From Candidatus Zhuqueibacterota bacterium (GTDB taxonomy: Bacteria; Zhuqueibacterota; Zhuqueibacteria; Thermofontimicrobiales; Thermofontimicrobiaceae): a DNA stretch of 64,000 bases. The notes beneath the pieces were generated by a model. The model had not been told where the DNA came from, did no database searches, and saw nothing but the letters and a program-made list of their open reading frames with translations. Positions 54,033-63,158 of the stretch are shown piece after piece. Made by a program: the position numbers and the translations under genes. The stretch's first letter is position 1; each line of letters begins with the position of its first letter. Where the stretch lies: NCBI GenBank assembly GCA_049322915.1, contig JBMOPW010000004.1, positions 99,343 to 163,342 of the forward strand, in the 5' to 3' direction.

Positions 54033-54569
54033 CTAATTTTTCTGACTGCCGCCAACCTCCATATTCGCGATCTTCCGGCCCCGCAAATACAGCACGTACA
54101 CGCCTGCATCGAGATCGTCTATTTTGATTTCGCCGCCGGGGAGCACCGGGTAGCTGCACAAAAATTCACCTTTGGGGGAATAGATTTCCAGTTTGTCGTG
54201 AATGGTCTGCAATTTGAACGTGACGCGACCGCCATCATGAACCCACGGTTTTCCAAGCTCTTCCACCGGCGTGCTGCGCGTGGCAAACTGGAATGGCACA
54301 ATTTCAAGGCTGAGAATAATCTCTTTGGCTTTTGTCAGTGTATCTCTGACATGCGTCTTGCGTTTGACTACTTCTTTTCCAATTTCTTCGAACACCAGGT
54401 TTTTAATTTTCAATTGCAATTTATTCAATTGCCTTTTGTTCTCTCTGTTCAATTCCCTGTTTTGCTGCAAAAAATCTTTCAGCCCTAATCGGTCTAATTC
54501 TTTCTGAAGCTCGGAAATTAGTTTGTCTCTGGAATTTTCGTTTAAAAAATTCTCATCGTTTTTCATCAT
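54033..54569 (-). CDS. Soluble putative anti-sigma factor (helical N-terminus, small beta-sandwich C-terminus)
   Basis: Starts 10 nt after the sigma stop; no TM helix; FATRS linker; GEIKIDDLDAGVYVL motif. Confidence 0.55.
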   Translation of the reverse strand: MMKNDENFLNENSRDKLISELQKELDRLGLKDFLQQNRELNRENKRQLNKLQLKIKNLVFEEIGKEVVKRKTHVRDTLTKAKEIILSLEIVPFQFATRSTPVEELGKPWVHDGGRVTFKLQTIHDKLEIYSPKGEFLCSYPVLPGGEIKIDDLDAGVYVLYLRGRKIANMEVGGSQKN

Positions 54570-54579
54570 TTTTCCTCTG

Positions 54580-55158
54580 TTATATTTTTCCAAGTTTTTT
54601 CAATATGCAGCGAAATAGTTTTACCTTTTGCCTGTGCCAGATGCTTCCGGCAGTTGTGGGCGGGCAGTTGTTTCGTTGGGCAATTTTTTTCAGTGAAAAG
54701 CCATGAACATAGTCCAGCAGTATGTTTCGAATATGTTCCTGTGGAAAATTGCTGATACACGAATTCAGCGCCAGTTCCAGTTCGGCTTGTGTGATGAGCC
54801 CGGGAGACTCGGTTTGCTGCCAGTTTACAAATGAAACCAGGTCGATGTAACTCTCGCCATTGGCAGACTCGGAGTTTTGAAACATGGTGCCTGTTTTTTT
54901 TCTGCGCAGGTAATCGCAGAAAGCGTTTCGGCAACAAATGAACAGATAATCTTTGAAGCTTTTTATTTTTTTGCCGGCATTCACGGTTCGGATGATTTTC
55001 AAAAAGACGTTTTGCACTACATCTTCAATATCACCCCGATCGCGGATTTTATCGATGAAATAGGCGTACGTCCTCTCCAAATATCGCTGGAAGAGTTCAT
55101 TCAAAGATTCGATATCGCCAAGTTGCTGATATTTTTTAAGTAATTCTTCGTCTGTCAT
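54580..55158 (-). CDS. ECF RNA polymerase sigma factor
   Basis: MTDEELL, DIEDVVQNVFLKI, FKDYLFICCRNAFCDYLRR, GFSLKKIAQ. Confidence 0.88.
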   Translation of the reverse strand: MTDEELLKKYQQLGDIESLNELFQRYLERTYAYFIDKIRDRGDIEDVVQNVFLKIIRTVNAGKKIKSFKDYLFICCRNAFCDYLRRKKTGTMFQNSESANGESYIDLVSFVNWQQTESPGLITQAELELALNSCISNFPQEHIRNILLDYVHGFSLKKIAQRNNCPPTTAGSIWHRQKVKLFRCILKKLGKI

Positions 55159-55330
55159 GTTTTTTTTTGAATCGATTCATTGTGCTAATTTTTTGGATAG
55201 CCCCGGGGTGCGGCGATCCCCATTGGTCTTTACACAGATTTTCCATTGTGTCTGCTTCGGCCGCGAGCAAACGCAAAGATCGATTTGGCCTCCCGGGTAT
55301 TCCAATCGGGTTCTGTGGGTTCCGATTATA

Positions 55331-55359
55331 AAGACGTTTGAAACGGAAATATTTTTCAA
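55331..55359 (-). promoter_or_regulatory. ECF-type promoter motif, copy A (upstream of the sigma gene)
   Basis: Minus strand TTGAAAAA-N15-CGTCTT, same spacing as copies B and C. Confidence 0.55.
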
Positions 55360-57461
55360 AAATTTTGCCAGAGCGAAGGGAGCATCCAAAAAAGATGTCC
55401 GCTTTCCAGAAATCGGGCTTGGGCCGCCCATTTTAACCTTGTCTGCTGCAAGGCTTTGGAATACGAAAACTGGTTGGCAAACAGGTTCCAGTAAAAATCC
55501 ATGGAAAATTCGGCAGAGGCGCGGTCATCTGTGACGGACATATTCCCCAGAAATGCTTGCCCCCCGGCTTTTAAAAAAGCAGGAGCAAATCCACAGAAGG
55601 AAAGTGAGGTAGCATTATTTCCGGCGCTGTTGCAGCCGTTCAAATAGAAAAAAAGCGGAGGCGCAGATATTTCAGAAAATATATCATTTGCGGTCACGGC
55701 TTGTGCGCGACCTGATTTACACTGTTTTTCCCACAAAAAAATGTGTGTTTTCAGGGAAGCCGGGTCCGGGCTGCAATGCCCGGCGAAATGGATGATATGA
55801 AAATGATTCGATCTCAGTGATCTCATCACAGAACCGAAATCGGATTCGTGGGATAAAAGCGTGGAAATTTTCAGGCTCAGCCCGTGCTCCCTGGCAATTT
55901 TGTGGAACCGGTTTTTCAACAAAATTATTTCATTGTCCACAAATGGAATGTCCGGCGGCGTATCCGAAGCGATGAGCAAAATATTTATTGGGTCGTCCGT
56001 GGGGAAATGATAGACATCCGTCACCTTTCCATCGACCAGTGACCGATATATTGCTTTGCGCAGCGAAACGAAGGAGTCGCCGTTGTGGAGAATTTCAAAT
56101 GGAAATCGAATCAGTTCCTCGATTTCAGATGAAAAAACAAGGTCGCTATTCTTTTCTGTGGCGTAAAATTTACTGAATAAATCCAGAGAGTCCTGTGTTG
56201 GAAAAAGGTCTGAAAATAATTTTTGCCCAAGTTTTTTAAGCGATTGAATATTCCCGAAATCACTAATGATGTAGCGATGTGGATCGAGCGCATTATTCAA
56301 TTGGTGGACTTCAGTGATATCGCCGTTTTTGGACGTGCAGATTTTCTGAAATTCTTCCGTAAAAAAAATCTTCAATTTTTCTGAGGACTCGACACCGTAT
56401 TTAGGCGATTGGACTGATGGCGGCTGTTCGGAAATGTTCTCCGCGATCCAGGTCCTCAAGAAATAATTATTCAGGGCGAATTTTTGATCGGAATTTTGTT
56501 TTGCAAATCCCAGCCATGAGAGCGTGTTAAGCCGTTTTTGAATATGGTTGATTGAAATATTCAGTTTTGGTGCGATGGCTTCGATATAGGATGGTTCAAG
56601 ATGGATCAGGTTGGCAAGAATTTGATAATCCACCTGGTCAAAATATTGGAAGTCGTCTCTGAAAAAAAGGTCTAACACATTGTTTTGGCGAATGGTTTCA
56701 ATGGTGGCTTTTAGATTGCCCTGGTCAAAAAAGTAAAAACAAATCATTTGAACTAAAAAAGGCAGGCAGCCGGCAAATTCGATGATTTTATCCTGTTCCG
56801 CCACATCCCCAGTGCAGCGTCGAATGAGCGCCCGGGCTTCATCTTCGTCCCACGGCGTGATATAATCCGGGGGAGAGAACGCCTGCAAAAATGGCGCTAA
56901 AAAATGTGTGGTGCTGAGTTTGTCGTACGAGGCCAGACCATGATTGGAAGCCAAAATAACGGAAAGCATCGGCTGGTTCAAAAGAATGGCTCGGAATTGA
57001 TGCAGGAATTGTTCATCCTGCACAGCGACGCGAAACAATGCTTCGGACTCGTCGACCAACAACACAACGTGCACGGATTTTTTCCTGCACTGACGAATGA
57101 GGCAGCGAAGGTCCCAATAGAGGGATTCGCGTTCGAAGTGGTCGAGATCGAATTCAATTTCCAACCGGCTGAATTCAAATTCAGCCGGTTCGAGGGCGTC
57201 GATGAAGCTCAACTTCAAATCATAAACAGAATTAGCGCCGGACACATCCCAAAACAGAGGAATCATTCTGTCCTGTTTTCGGTACTGGCGCTGCAAGTAA
57301 CGGAGCAACGACGTTTTGCCCATGCGTCGCGCGCCAATGAGCCAGTTGAATTGCCGCTGTAAAGGCAGGTATTTTTGGATCAGGTCTTTACGGCCAATAA
57401 AGTCCGCGTCGTTTTTAATCCAGTCGCCGACGATAAACGGATTCTTTTGATATTCGGTCAT
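55356..57461 (-). CDS. STAND-like ATPase - winged helix - CHAT (caspase-like) protease
   Basis: NPFIVG...FIGR, Walker A GARRMGKTS, Walker B LLVDESE, GCLPF, wHTH; CHAT motifs FPFEILH, ILLIASD, IIHFAGH, FYLNGCNS, FSMDFY. Confidence 0.88.
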   Translation of the reverse strand: MTEYQKNPFIVGDWIKNDADFIGRKDLIQKYLPLQRQFNWLIGARRMGKTSLLRYLQRQYRKQDRMIPLFWDVSGANSVYDLKLSFIDALEPAEFEFSRLEIEFDLDHFERESLYWDLRCLIRQCRKKSVHVVLLVDESEALFRVAVQDEQFLHQFRAILLNQPMLSVILASNHGLASYDKLSTTHFLAPFLQAFSPPDYITPWDEDEARALIRRCTGDVAEQDKIIEFAGCLPFLVQMICFYFFDQGNLKATIETIRQNNVLDLFFRDDFQYFDQVDYQILANLIHLEPSYIEAIAPKLNISINHIQKRLNTLSWLGFAKQNSDQKFALNNYFLRTWIAENISEQPPSVQSPKYGVESSEKLKIFFTEEFQKICTSKNGDITEVHQLNNALDPHRYIISDFGNIQSLKKLGQKLFSDLFPTQDSLDLFSKFYATEKNSDLVFSSEIEELIRFPFEILHNGDSFVSLRKAIYRSLVDGKVTDVYHFPTDDPINILLIASDTPPDIPFVDNEIILLKNRFHKIAREHGLSLKISTLLSHESDFGSVMRSLRSNHFHIIHFAGHCSPDPASLKTHIFLWEKQCKSGRAQAVTANDIFSEISAPPLFFYLNGCNSAGNNATSLSFCGFAPAFLKAGGQAFLGNMSVTDDRASAEFSMDFYWNLFANQFSYSKALQQTRLKWAAQARFLESGHLFWMLPSLWQNF

Positions 57462-57478
57462 AGGTTCAGATTCAGAAT

Positions 57479-60400
57479 TCAGTTCGTTGTAAAATCGGTC
57501 CAGTGGCTTGCTGATTTTTCAGGTTTCAATTGCGTCTTCGAATTTTTTAGAATGTTTATAACGTCCTGTTTTTTTATGGTTCGGCGATGTTCATCCAGCG
57601 CCTGGTTGATTAGATTCAGGCACAGCACCTGGATCAGATAGGGCTTGCATTTGGTGGCCTCCAATATGGCTTCCAGGGCTTCGTTTTTAAATTTGAATAT
57701 TCCCTTCACCGGCACATAGATAAGCTTTTTTGCGTCTTCCCGGGAGATTGGTTTTAATTCAATTAATGTGAAAAGATTCCACCAGGGGCTTTCCGGGCGA
57801 TTCCAGTTATTAATGTAAGAAGTGCCGGAAATAATGGCGGCGAAATTCATGGAAAATTCCTGCATGAAAATTCGGCGCAGTTGTGCATGGATCGCCTGGT
57901 CGTATTGGTTCATGGCATCGGCTTCATCGATGAGAAGTACGATTTTAACCGTTTTAATCGTACTTTGATTCATGTGAAAAATTATCTTCCGGAAATCATT
58001 ATTAAAATCGCGGTAGTTGTAGTTATCTTTTTTATCCTGAATTCGAAGGCCACAGTCTTTTGGTACATTGTCCACCTGTTCAACAATATCGTGCATCATG
58101 CCGTGAAAAAACTCCCACTGACCAATGCCCTGCAAATCTACAAACACCGGGATGAATTTGTAATCCGGATCATTTTTTTCCGTGAGCTGGTTTTTAATCT
58201 GCAACAAAAGCGAGGTTTTACCAATTCTCCGTTCGCCGGTTATCATGATGCTGTTGTTGTGCACGATGGAAAGAATTCGGTTTTGGATTTCGTTTCTTCC
58301 AAAAAAAAGATTTTGTTTGAAAATGGGTTCACCGGCAATATACGGATTGAACCGGCGCCGGCGAATGAGTTGATTGATTTTGTAATAACGATAAATGAAG
58401 AAGAGAGCGATTAGCGCCAGAACCAGGCTGAATAAAAACCACTTGAACCAAAAACGTAAAATTAGCGGTGTCGTTTCCAAATGAATTTGGACTGAAGCGA
58501 ATTCCGATGACATGAGTCCATTGGGAGTTGCTGTTTTAATTTCAAAGGTGTGATTTCTGCCAGGCTCTAATTCTGTGTAAATTATTCTGTTATTGCGGGT
58601 GAATTCGCTCCATTGGCCCGGTTTTTCATCCTTGATAATTCGATAGGAATATCGCAATGCCTGTGAAGGAAACGACGAATGGTAGCCGAAAAATTCTATG
58701 GCGCAGACAGGGTCATTATAACTGCGAAAGATAGGGCGCTGCAATGCTGATTCTTCGTAAATGTCATTGCCGATCTGGCAGTTTCGTATGGTGATGACAG
58801 GTGGGATGGATTGCATTTGAAACTGGAGGAGTTCACCCTCAAGGGTGATGCCGGTTATCTTGTTTTTATCGTCACACAAAAAATTCGGAGAGAAAACATC
58901 GTCAAATTTACTATGAAAATCGATTTCAGGGAAAGCGTAAAGGTTCCCGTTGTCAAAATAACTTAAACCGTAGTTCGAGGCGAGAATTGGCTGGCCATAA
59001 GAATCGAAGCCAATGCTTTTTATGTTGCTGCTAATTACTTTTGAATTACTGCCCCAATGCGTGCACGTATCGCCTTTCAAAAACGCGATGCCTTCATCTA
59101 CTGAAAGCACCCAGAGAGAGCTGTCCCTTGCCGGATGCAGTGAAAGAAGGTTTGAAATTTTTTCAATGGATGGATTCGATACAGTTCTGAAAACATCGTC
59201 CTCCAGAACAGCAATGCCGGTGTTGTACGTAGCAACCCACACTGTGCCATCGAGCGTTTCGGCAATGTCGACGATTTCATGACCCGGCAGTCCCTGGTCA
59301 ACCGAATACCGCGTTAATGTGTTTCCATCCCAGCAAGCCAGGCCGGGGCTGATCAACCTTTCATGCTCCAGGAAAAAGTCCCTGAAATTTAACGACTTTC
59401 CCATGAACGCTTCTCTCAAGTGAGCATCGGACAAAATGCACTCCCGGGGCAGAAATTCGAATTGCTTCCCATCCAATCGCGCGTAATCCGCATTGCGAAG
59501 GCACACGTATAGTTGATTATCGCTGCTCTCACCTATTCCCCAAATGGACGGATGGGGCAGGTTTTCTTTATAAATTCTGATTCCATTTTTTTGGAGCAAG
59601 ACCAATCCATTGTCCAGCGTTCCCATCCAAAAATTACCGGCGTTATCTTCGTAAAATGTAGAGATGGAGCGACCCGCATTTTTCATGGCGTGACTCTGGT
59701 AAAATCTGCCATCTTTCCACATGAACAAACCAAAATCCAGGGTTCCAACAAACAAATCACCGCTTTTGCTTCGGTGCAATGCGGAAATTTTATGGGATGG
59801 CATTCCAAAGTCGCTGTTGTAATGGATGAGCGTGTCCTGGTTTACATAGAATAATCCAACGCTGTAGCTGCCAACCCATGCGCCGTTATCCGGATCATTG
59901 TTTATTGACGAAATATTATAAATATTTTTTCCCTGGGATTTTTTATAATTCCTGTTTGAATTAAAAGAATAAAAGCAATTGGTATTGTAGAAAAAATCAC
60001 CGTGGCTCCATTCAAATTGATCCGCGAGACCGGAGTCATAAATTTCAGGGATTTGAAATGAAAATCCGAGTATGTTAATCTTGTTTTTCGGAATGTCAAA
60101 TTTGAATATGCCGCGGAGAAGAGTTCCCCAGAGTTCGTTATTCAACAAGTGGAGATTTTGGATGTTGTAATAATAGGATCCGGTAAATTGAAGCCATGGT
60201 TTTTGGGTGAATTGGGAATTCTCCGATTTGAACAATGTGCTCGATCTGGTGCCAAACCAGACTGTGTTGGTTTCATCCACAAGCTGTGAAGTTACGATAA
60301 CTTCAGGTGAAAAGGAATGGTGCTCGGCGAATTCGGAATATTCAATTATCGGGGATTTGGGATTATTCAAATGCATGAGATATGAGTGCGCGCCGATCCA

Positions 60401-61744
60401 AAGTCGGTTTTGGGAGTCGACGAAAATGGTGGAGATGCATTTCGCTGGAAATTCACTTTCCGGAATTGGTCTGTCGAATTTTTCCCCATCCCAGCGAAGA
60501 ATGCCATTCCCTAACGTAGCGAACCAAAAATTTTCATCGTAATCCTGGGCGCAGTCCGTCACTTTAATGTTTTTAAGGCTGTCGGGCCATATAAATCGCG
60601 AGTTTTTCTGACCATCGAAATAATAGATTTGATTTGCGCCATAGCTGAACCAGACTTTGCCTGATTTGTCTTCGAAAATCAAATTATTATTTAGAATTTC
60701 GTATGGCGAGGGATTTGTTGCCTGCGAAGGTATTGGATAGGAACTGATTTGTGGATTTAGGTATTTATAAATACCCGTTGAAGTAGCAAACCAAATATTT
60801 TGAAACCTGTCCTGGAACATGGTTCCACGTTCAGTATTTACGATCGAAAAATTGTGAAGCTCATTATTTTCCATGCAATAAATTGATTCATTTTTTAAAA
60901 ACCAGATCCTGCCCTGTAAATCCTCCATGAAAAAGTCGAAATAATAACCCCCTGAAAAAATATTTTGTGTTTGAAAAACTGTCTTAAGCTCCGGGAACTG
61001 TAAAATTTTGTTGCGTGTTAGAATGAGTGAATATTTTTCATCTTTGCTCACGAAATAGCTTAGAATGTGTTGATTATTTTTGAGAAGTGGGGTTAGATTA
61101 TTTCGATCCTGTTCACTAAAGAGGTAAACCCCGGAACGTGCATAAAAGAAATGATAGTTCTGATCATCGATTTGGAAAATTTGGAGGATATCATCCCGAA
61201 GCAAATCATATTTTTCAGTGAGATTAATGCATTCTGTTCCATCAAATCGAAATAACCCAACGTGGTTGACGTCAATCCATATCCGTTCGTTTCGATCTTT
61301 GAAAAGGGAGGTGAAATGCTCTTTTCGGAAAAAAGAATTGAATTCGAATGGATAAAGCGATTCGAAATCATATATCCAAATGCCCTCGTAATTAATCGCA
61401 ATCCAAAGTTTGCCCTCATCATCCTTGATTACTTTCTGGATGAATAACGATGGAAGCTTTTCGTTGATTTCCAGTGGAATGAATTGCAGACCGTCATACC
61501 GATAAATACCGTCGTTAATGGTGACGATAAGGAGGTTGCCTTTATTGTCTTCCAAGACGTGCCGAATTTCATTTGTTGGCAAGCCGTTACTTGTTGTGAA
61601 ATGCGTCCACAGGGAAGGATTGGAAATGGGATTTTCTGCTCCGATTGCCGGGGCTAAAAAGAACAAGGTGCCTGAAAAACCAAAAAGCAGAAATCGAAAG
61701 AAAATGAAGAATGCTTTAGCGAACATATTCCGAATAAATTTCAT
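57479..61744 (-). CDS. Transmembrane receptor: beta-propeller (Reg_prop) repeats + YYY domain + TM helix + cytoplasmic STAND-like ATPase
   Basis: Signal peptide; many D..G.lWigT..G repeats (GLPTNEI, GMPSHKI, GLPGHEI); LRYSYRI...W...YTELEPG YYY domain; TM helix; NPYIAG...FFGR, GERRIGKTS, LLIDEAD. The start is uncertain (61843, 61744 or 61726). Confidence 0.88.
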   Translation of the reverse strand: MKFIRNMFAKAFFIFFRFLLFGFSGTLFFLAPAIGAENPISNPSLWTHFTTSNGLPTNEIRHVLEDNKGNLLIVTINDGIYRYDGLQFIPLEINEKLPSLFIQKVIKDDEGKLWIAINYEGIWIYDFESLYPFEFNSFFRKEHFTSLFKDRNERIWIDVNHVGLFRFDGTECINLTEKYDLLRDDILQIFQIDDQNYHFFYARSGVYLFSEQDRNNLTPLLKNNQHILSYFVSKDEKYSLILTRNKILQFPELKTVFQTQNIFSGGYYFDFFMEDLQGRIWFLKNESIYCMENNELHNFSIVNTERGTMFQDRFQNIWFATSTGIYKYLNPQISSYPIPSQATNPSPYEILNNNLIFEDKSGKVWFSYGANQIYYFDGQKNSRFIWPDSLKNIKVTDCAQDYDENFWFATLGNGILRWDGEKFDRPIPESEFPAKCISTIFVDSQNRLWIGAHSYLMHLNNPKSPIIEYSEFAEHHSFSPEVIVTSQLVDETNTVWFGTRSSTLFKSENSQFTQKPWLQFTGSYYYNIQNLHLLNNELWGTLLRGIFKFDIPKNKINILGFSFQIPEIYDSGLADQFEWSHGDFFYNTNCFYSFNSNRNYKKSQGKNIYNISSINNDPDNGAWVGSYSVGLFYVNQDTLIHYNSDFGMPSHKISALHRSKSGDLFVGTLDFGLFMWKDGRFYQSHAMKNAGRSISTFYEDNAGNFWMGTLDNGLVLLQKNGIRIYKENLPHPSIWGIGESSDNQLYVCLRNADYARLDGKQFEFLPRECILSDAHLREAFMGKSLNFRDFFLEHERLISPGLACWDGNTLTRYSVDQGLPGHEIVDIAETLDGTVWVATYNTGIAVLEDDVFRTVSNPSIEKISNLLSLHPARDSSLWVLSVDEGIAFLKGDTCTHWGSNSKVISSNIKSIGFDSYGQPILASNYGLSYFDNGNLYAFPEIDFHSKFDDVFSPNFLCDDKNKITGITLEGELLQFQMQSIPPVITIRNCQIGNDIYEESALQRPIFRSYNDPVCAIEFFGYHSSFPSQALRYSYRIIKDEKPGQWSEFTRNNRIIYTELEPGRNHTFEIKTATPNGLMSSEFASVQIHLETTPLILRFWFKWFLFSLVLALIALFFIYRYYKINQLIRRRRFNPYIAGEPIFKQNLFFGRNEIQNRILSIVHNNSIMITGERRIGKTSLLLQIKNQLTEKNDPDYKFIPVFVDLQGIGQWEFFHGMMHDIVEQVDNVPKDCGLRIQDKKDNYNYRDFNNDFRKIIFHMNQSTIKTVKIVLLIDEADAMNQYDQAIHAQLRRIFMQEFSMNFAAIISGTSYINNWNRPESPWWNLFTLIELKPISREDAKKLIYVPVKGIFKFKNEALEAILEATKCKPYLIQVLCLNLINQALDEHRRTIKKQDVINILKNSKTQLKPEKSASHWTDFTTN

Positions 61745-62055
61745 CAAGCAAAGCAGTAAAATGAACGACAGAAAAGAACTAAGGCTAAAAAAAATAGGAA
61801 ATAAAGACATGGAAATGGTAATAAAAATTTGTCTAAAAATCAAGGAAAAAGTTTTTCATTACTGGGTTTTTTATAGATCAGCCAGGTTCTATGCGTAACA
61901 TTTTAAAATTATATAAGATAGACTTTTTCTCTTGTATCTCACATTATTTAATCAAATCTTCTGCAAAGAATCTCACTTAATTTAGCCAAAATTTAATTTC
62001 CACTTTAGTTGTTTTTTTCTTATCTTGTTTCTGTCAATCAACAAAATAGACTTTT

Positions 62056-62640
62056 ATGGATGAAAAAAACGTGAACAGATCGCCCTGTTTCGCTATAGCC
62101 TGATCGTGCCGTTTCTTTCACACGAAGAGTTGCAACGGGGTGTCAAAGGCGAACTGTCGCAGCGCATGGTAAGGCAAATTCACACCATTCCCCATTCACA
62201 AAAATCTTAATTGGCCGAATCGACCATCCGTCGTTATCTTCGCTGCTACCGCAACAAGGGATTTGATGGCTTTAAACCGAAAAGCCGCAGCGATAGCGGC
62301 ACATCCCATAAAATCGACGGCGATACCCTGGAAAAAGCGTTTCTGTTGAAAAAAGAAGAACCACACCGCAGCTCGAAAAAGATTATTCAACTCATGGAAG
62401 CTCACCAGTGGGCGCCGTTGGGGTTGTTAAAGCCCAGTACACTGTCGCGGATTTTTAAGCAGCATGGTCTAACTTTCAAACAACTCAAACAGTCCCATAA
62501 AAGCTTTCGCGCCTTTCAGGCCGAACACCCAATCAAATATGGCAGTCGGATATTATGTATGGACCGTATCTGCCCGATCCTGAGCGACCCGCCGCTAAAA
62601 AACGAACCTATCTGGTGGCGATCCTGGATGATTTTTCCCG
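62056..62640 (+). mobile_element. Degenerate DDE transposase (IS481/Mu-like) fragment
   Basis: REQIALFRYSLI, STIRRYLRCYR...PKSRSD, WQSDIMYGP and LVAILDDFSR; frameshifts near 62065 and 62530, in-frame TAA at 62208; truncated at the repeat. Confidence 0.8.
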
Positions 62641-63158
62641 ACACAACGCTGAAAGAAATGGCGGTGCGCCAGCCGAAAACATGGAGCGAACTGAGTTCCA
62701 TCGTGGGCATGGGACAGTCGAAATTGAAGCGCTATGGTCTATGGTTTTTGAAAGAAATTCTGGCCTATCGCCAGGGCCAGGTCGCGCTGGGACATGCCGC
62801 ATCCGCTGCGCACGCCGGCTCAGGGCGGACAGAACTGCCCACAGAGCAGACAACGCTCCGGATGCTTCAACAGGGATTATCGCCGGAACAGGTGGCGGAA
62901 GAAAGAGCTATTTCGGCTCGAACTGTGTACCACCATATCGAGACCCTCATTCTGTCCGGTGAGAATCTCATTCTGGATAGGTTTTTGCCTTCCGACAAAC
63001 ACCGCGTGATCCGCAAGGTGCTGCATCAGTTAGGCGTGGATGATCTGGACAAAGTCCAGGCGCGTTTGGGCGACGGCTATTCCCGCCATGAGATTCGGCT
63101 GGTGCGGGCGAAAATGATCGCGGAGAAAAGGACGCGATCCAATGAAACGTGATCAGCC
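62629..63158 (+). repeat. 530-bp direct repeat, copy 2 (recQ 3' fragment)
   Basis: About 97% identical to 40905-41434 by manual count. Confidence 0.95.

Noticed and set aside
62211..63152. Second functional recQ or an intact transposase
   Set aside because: Only the HRDC/C-terminal tail of recQ is present; the transposase part has a stop codon and frameshifts and lacks the rest of the DDE core.
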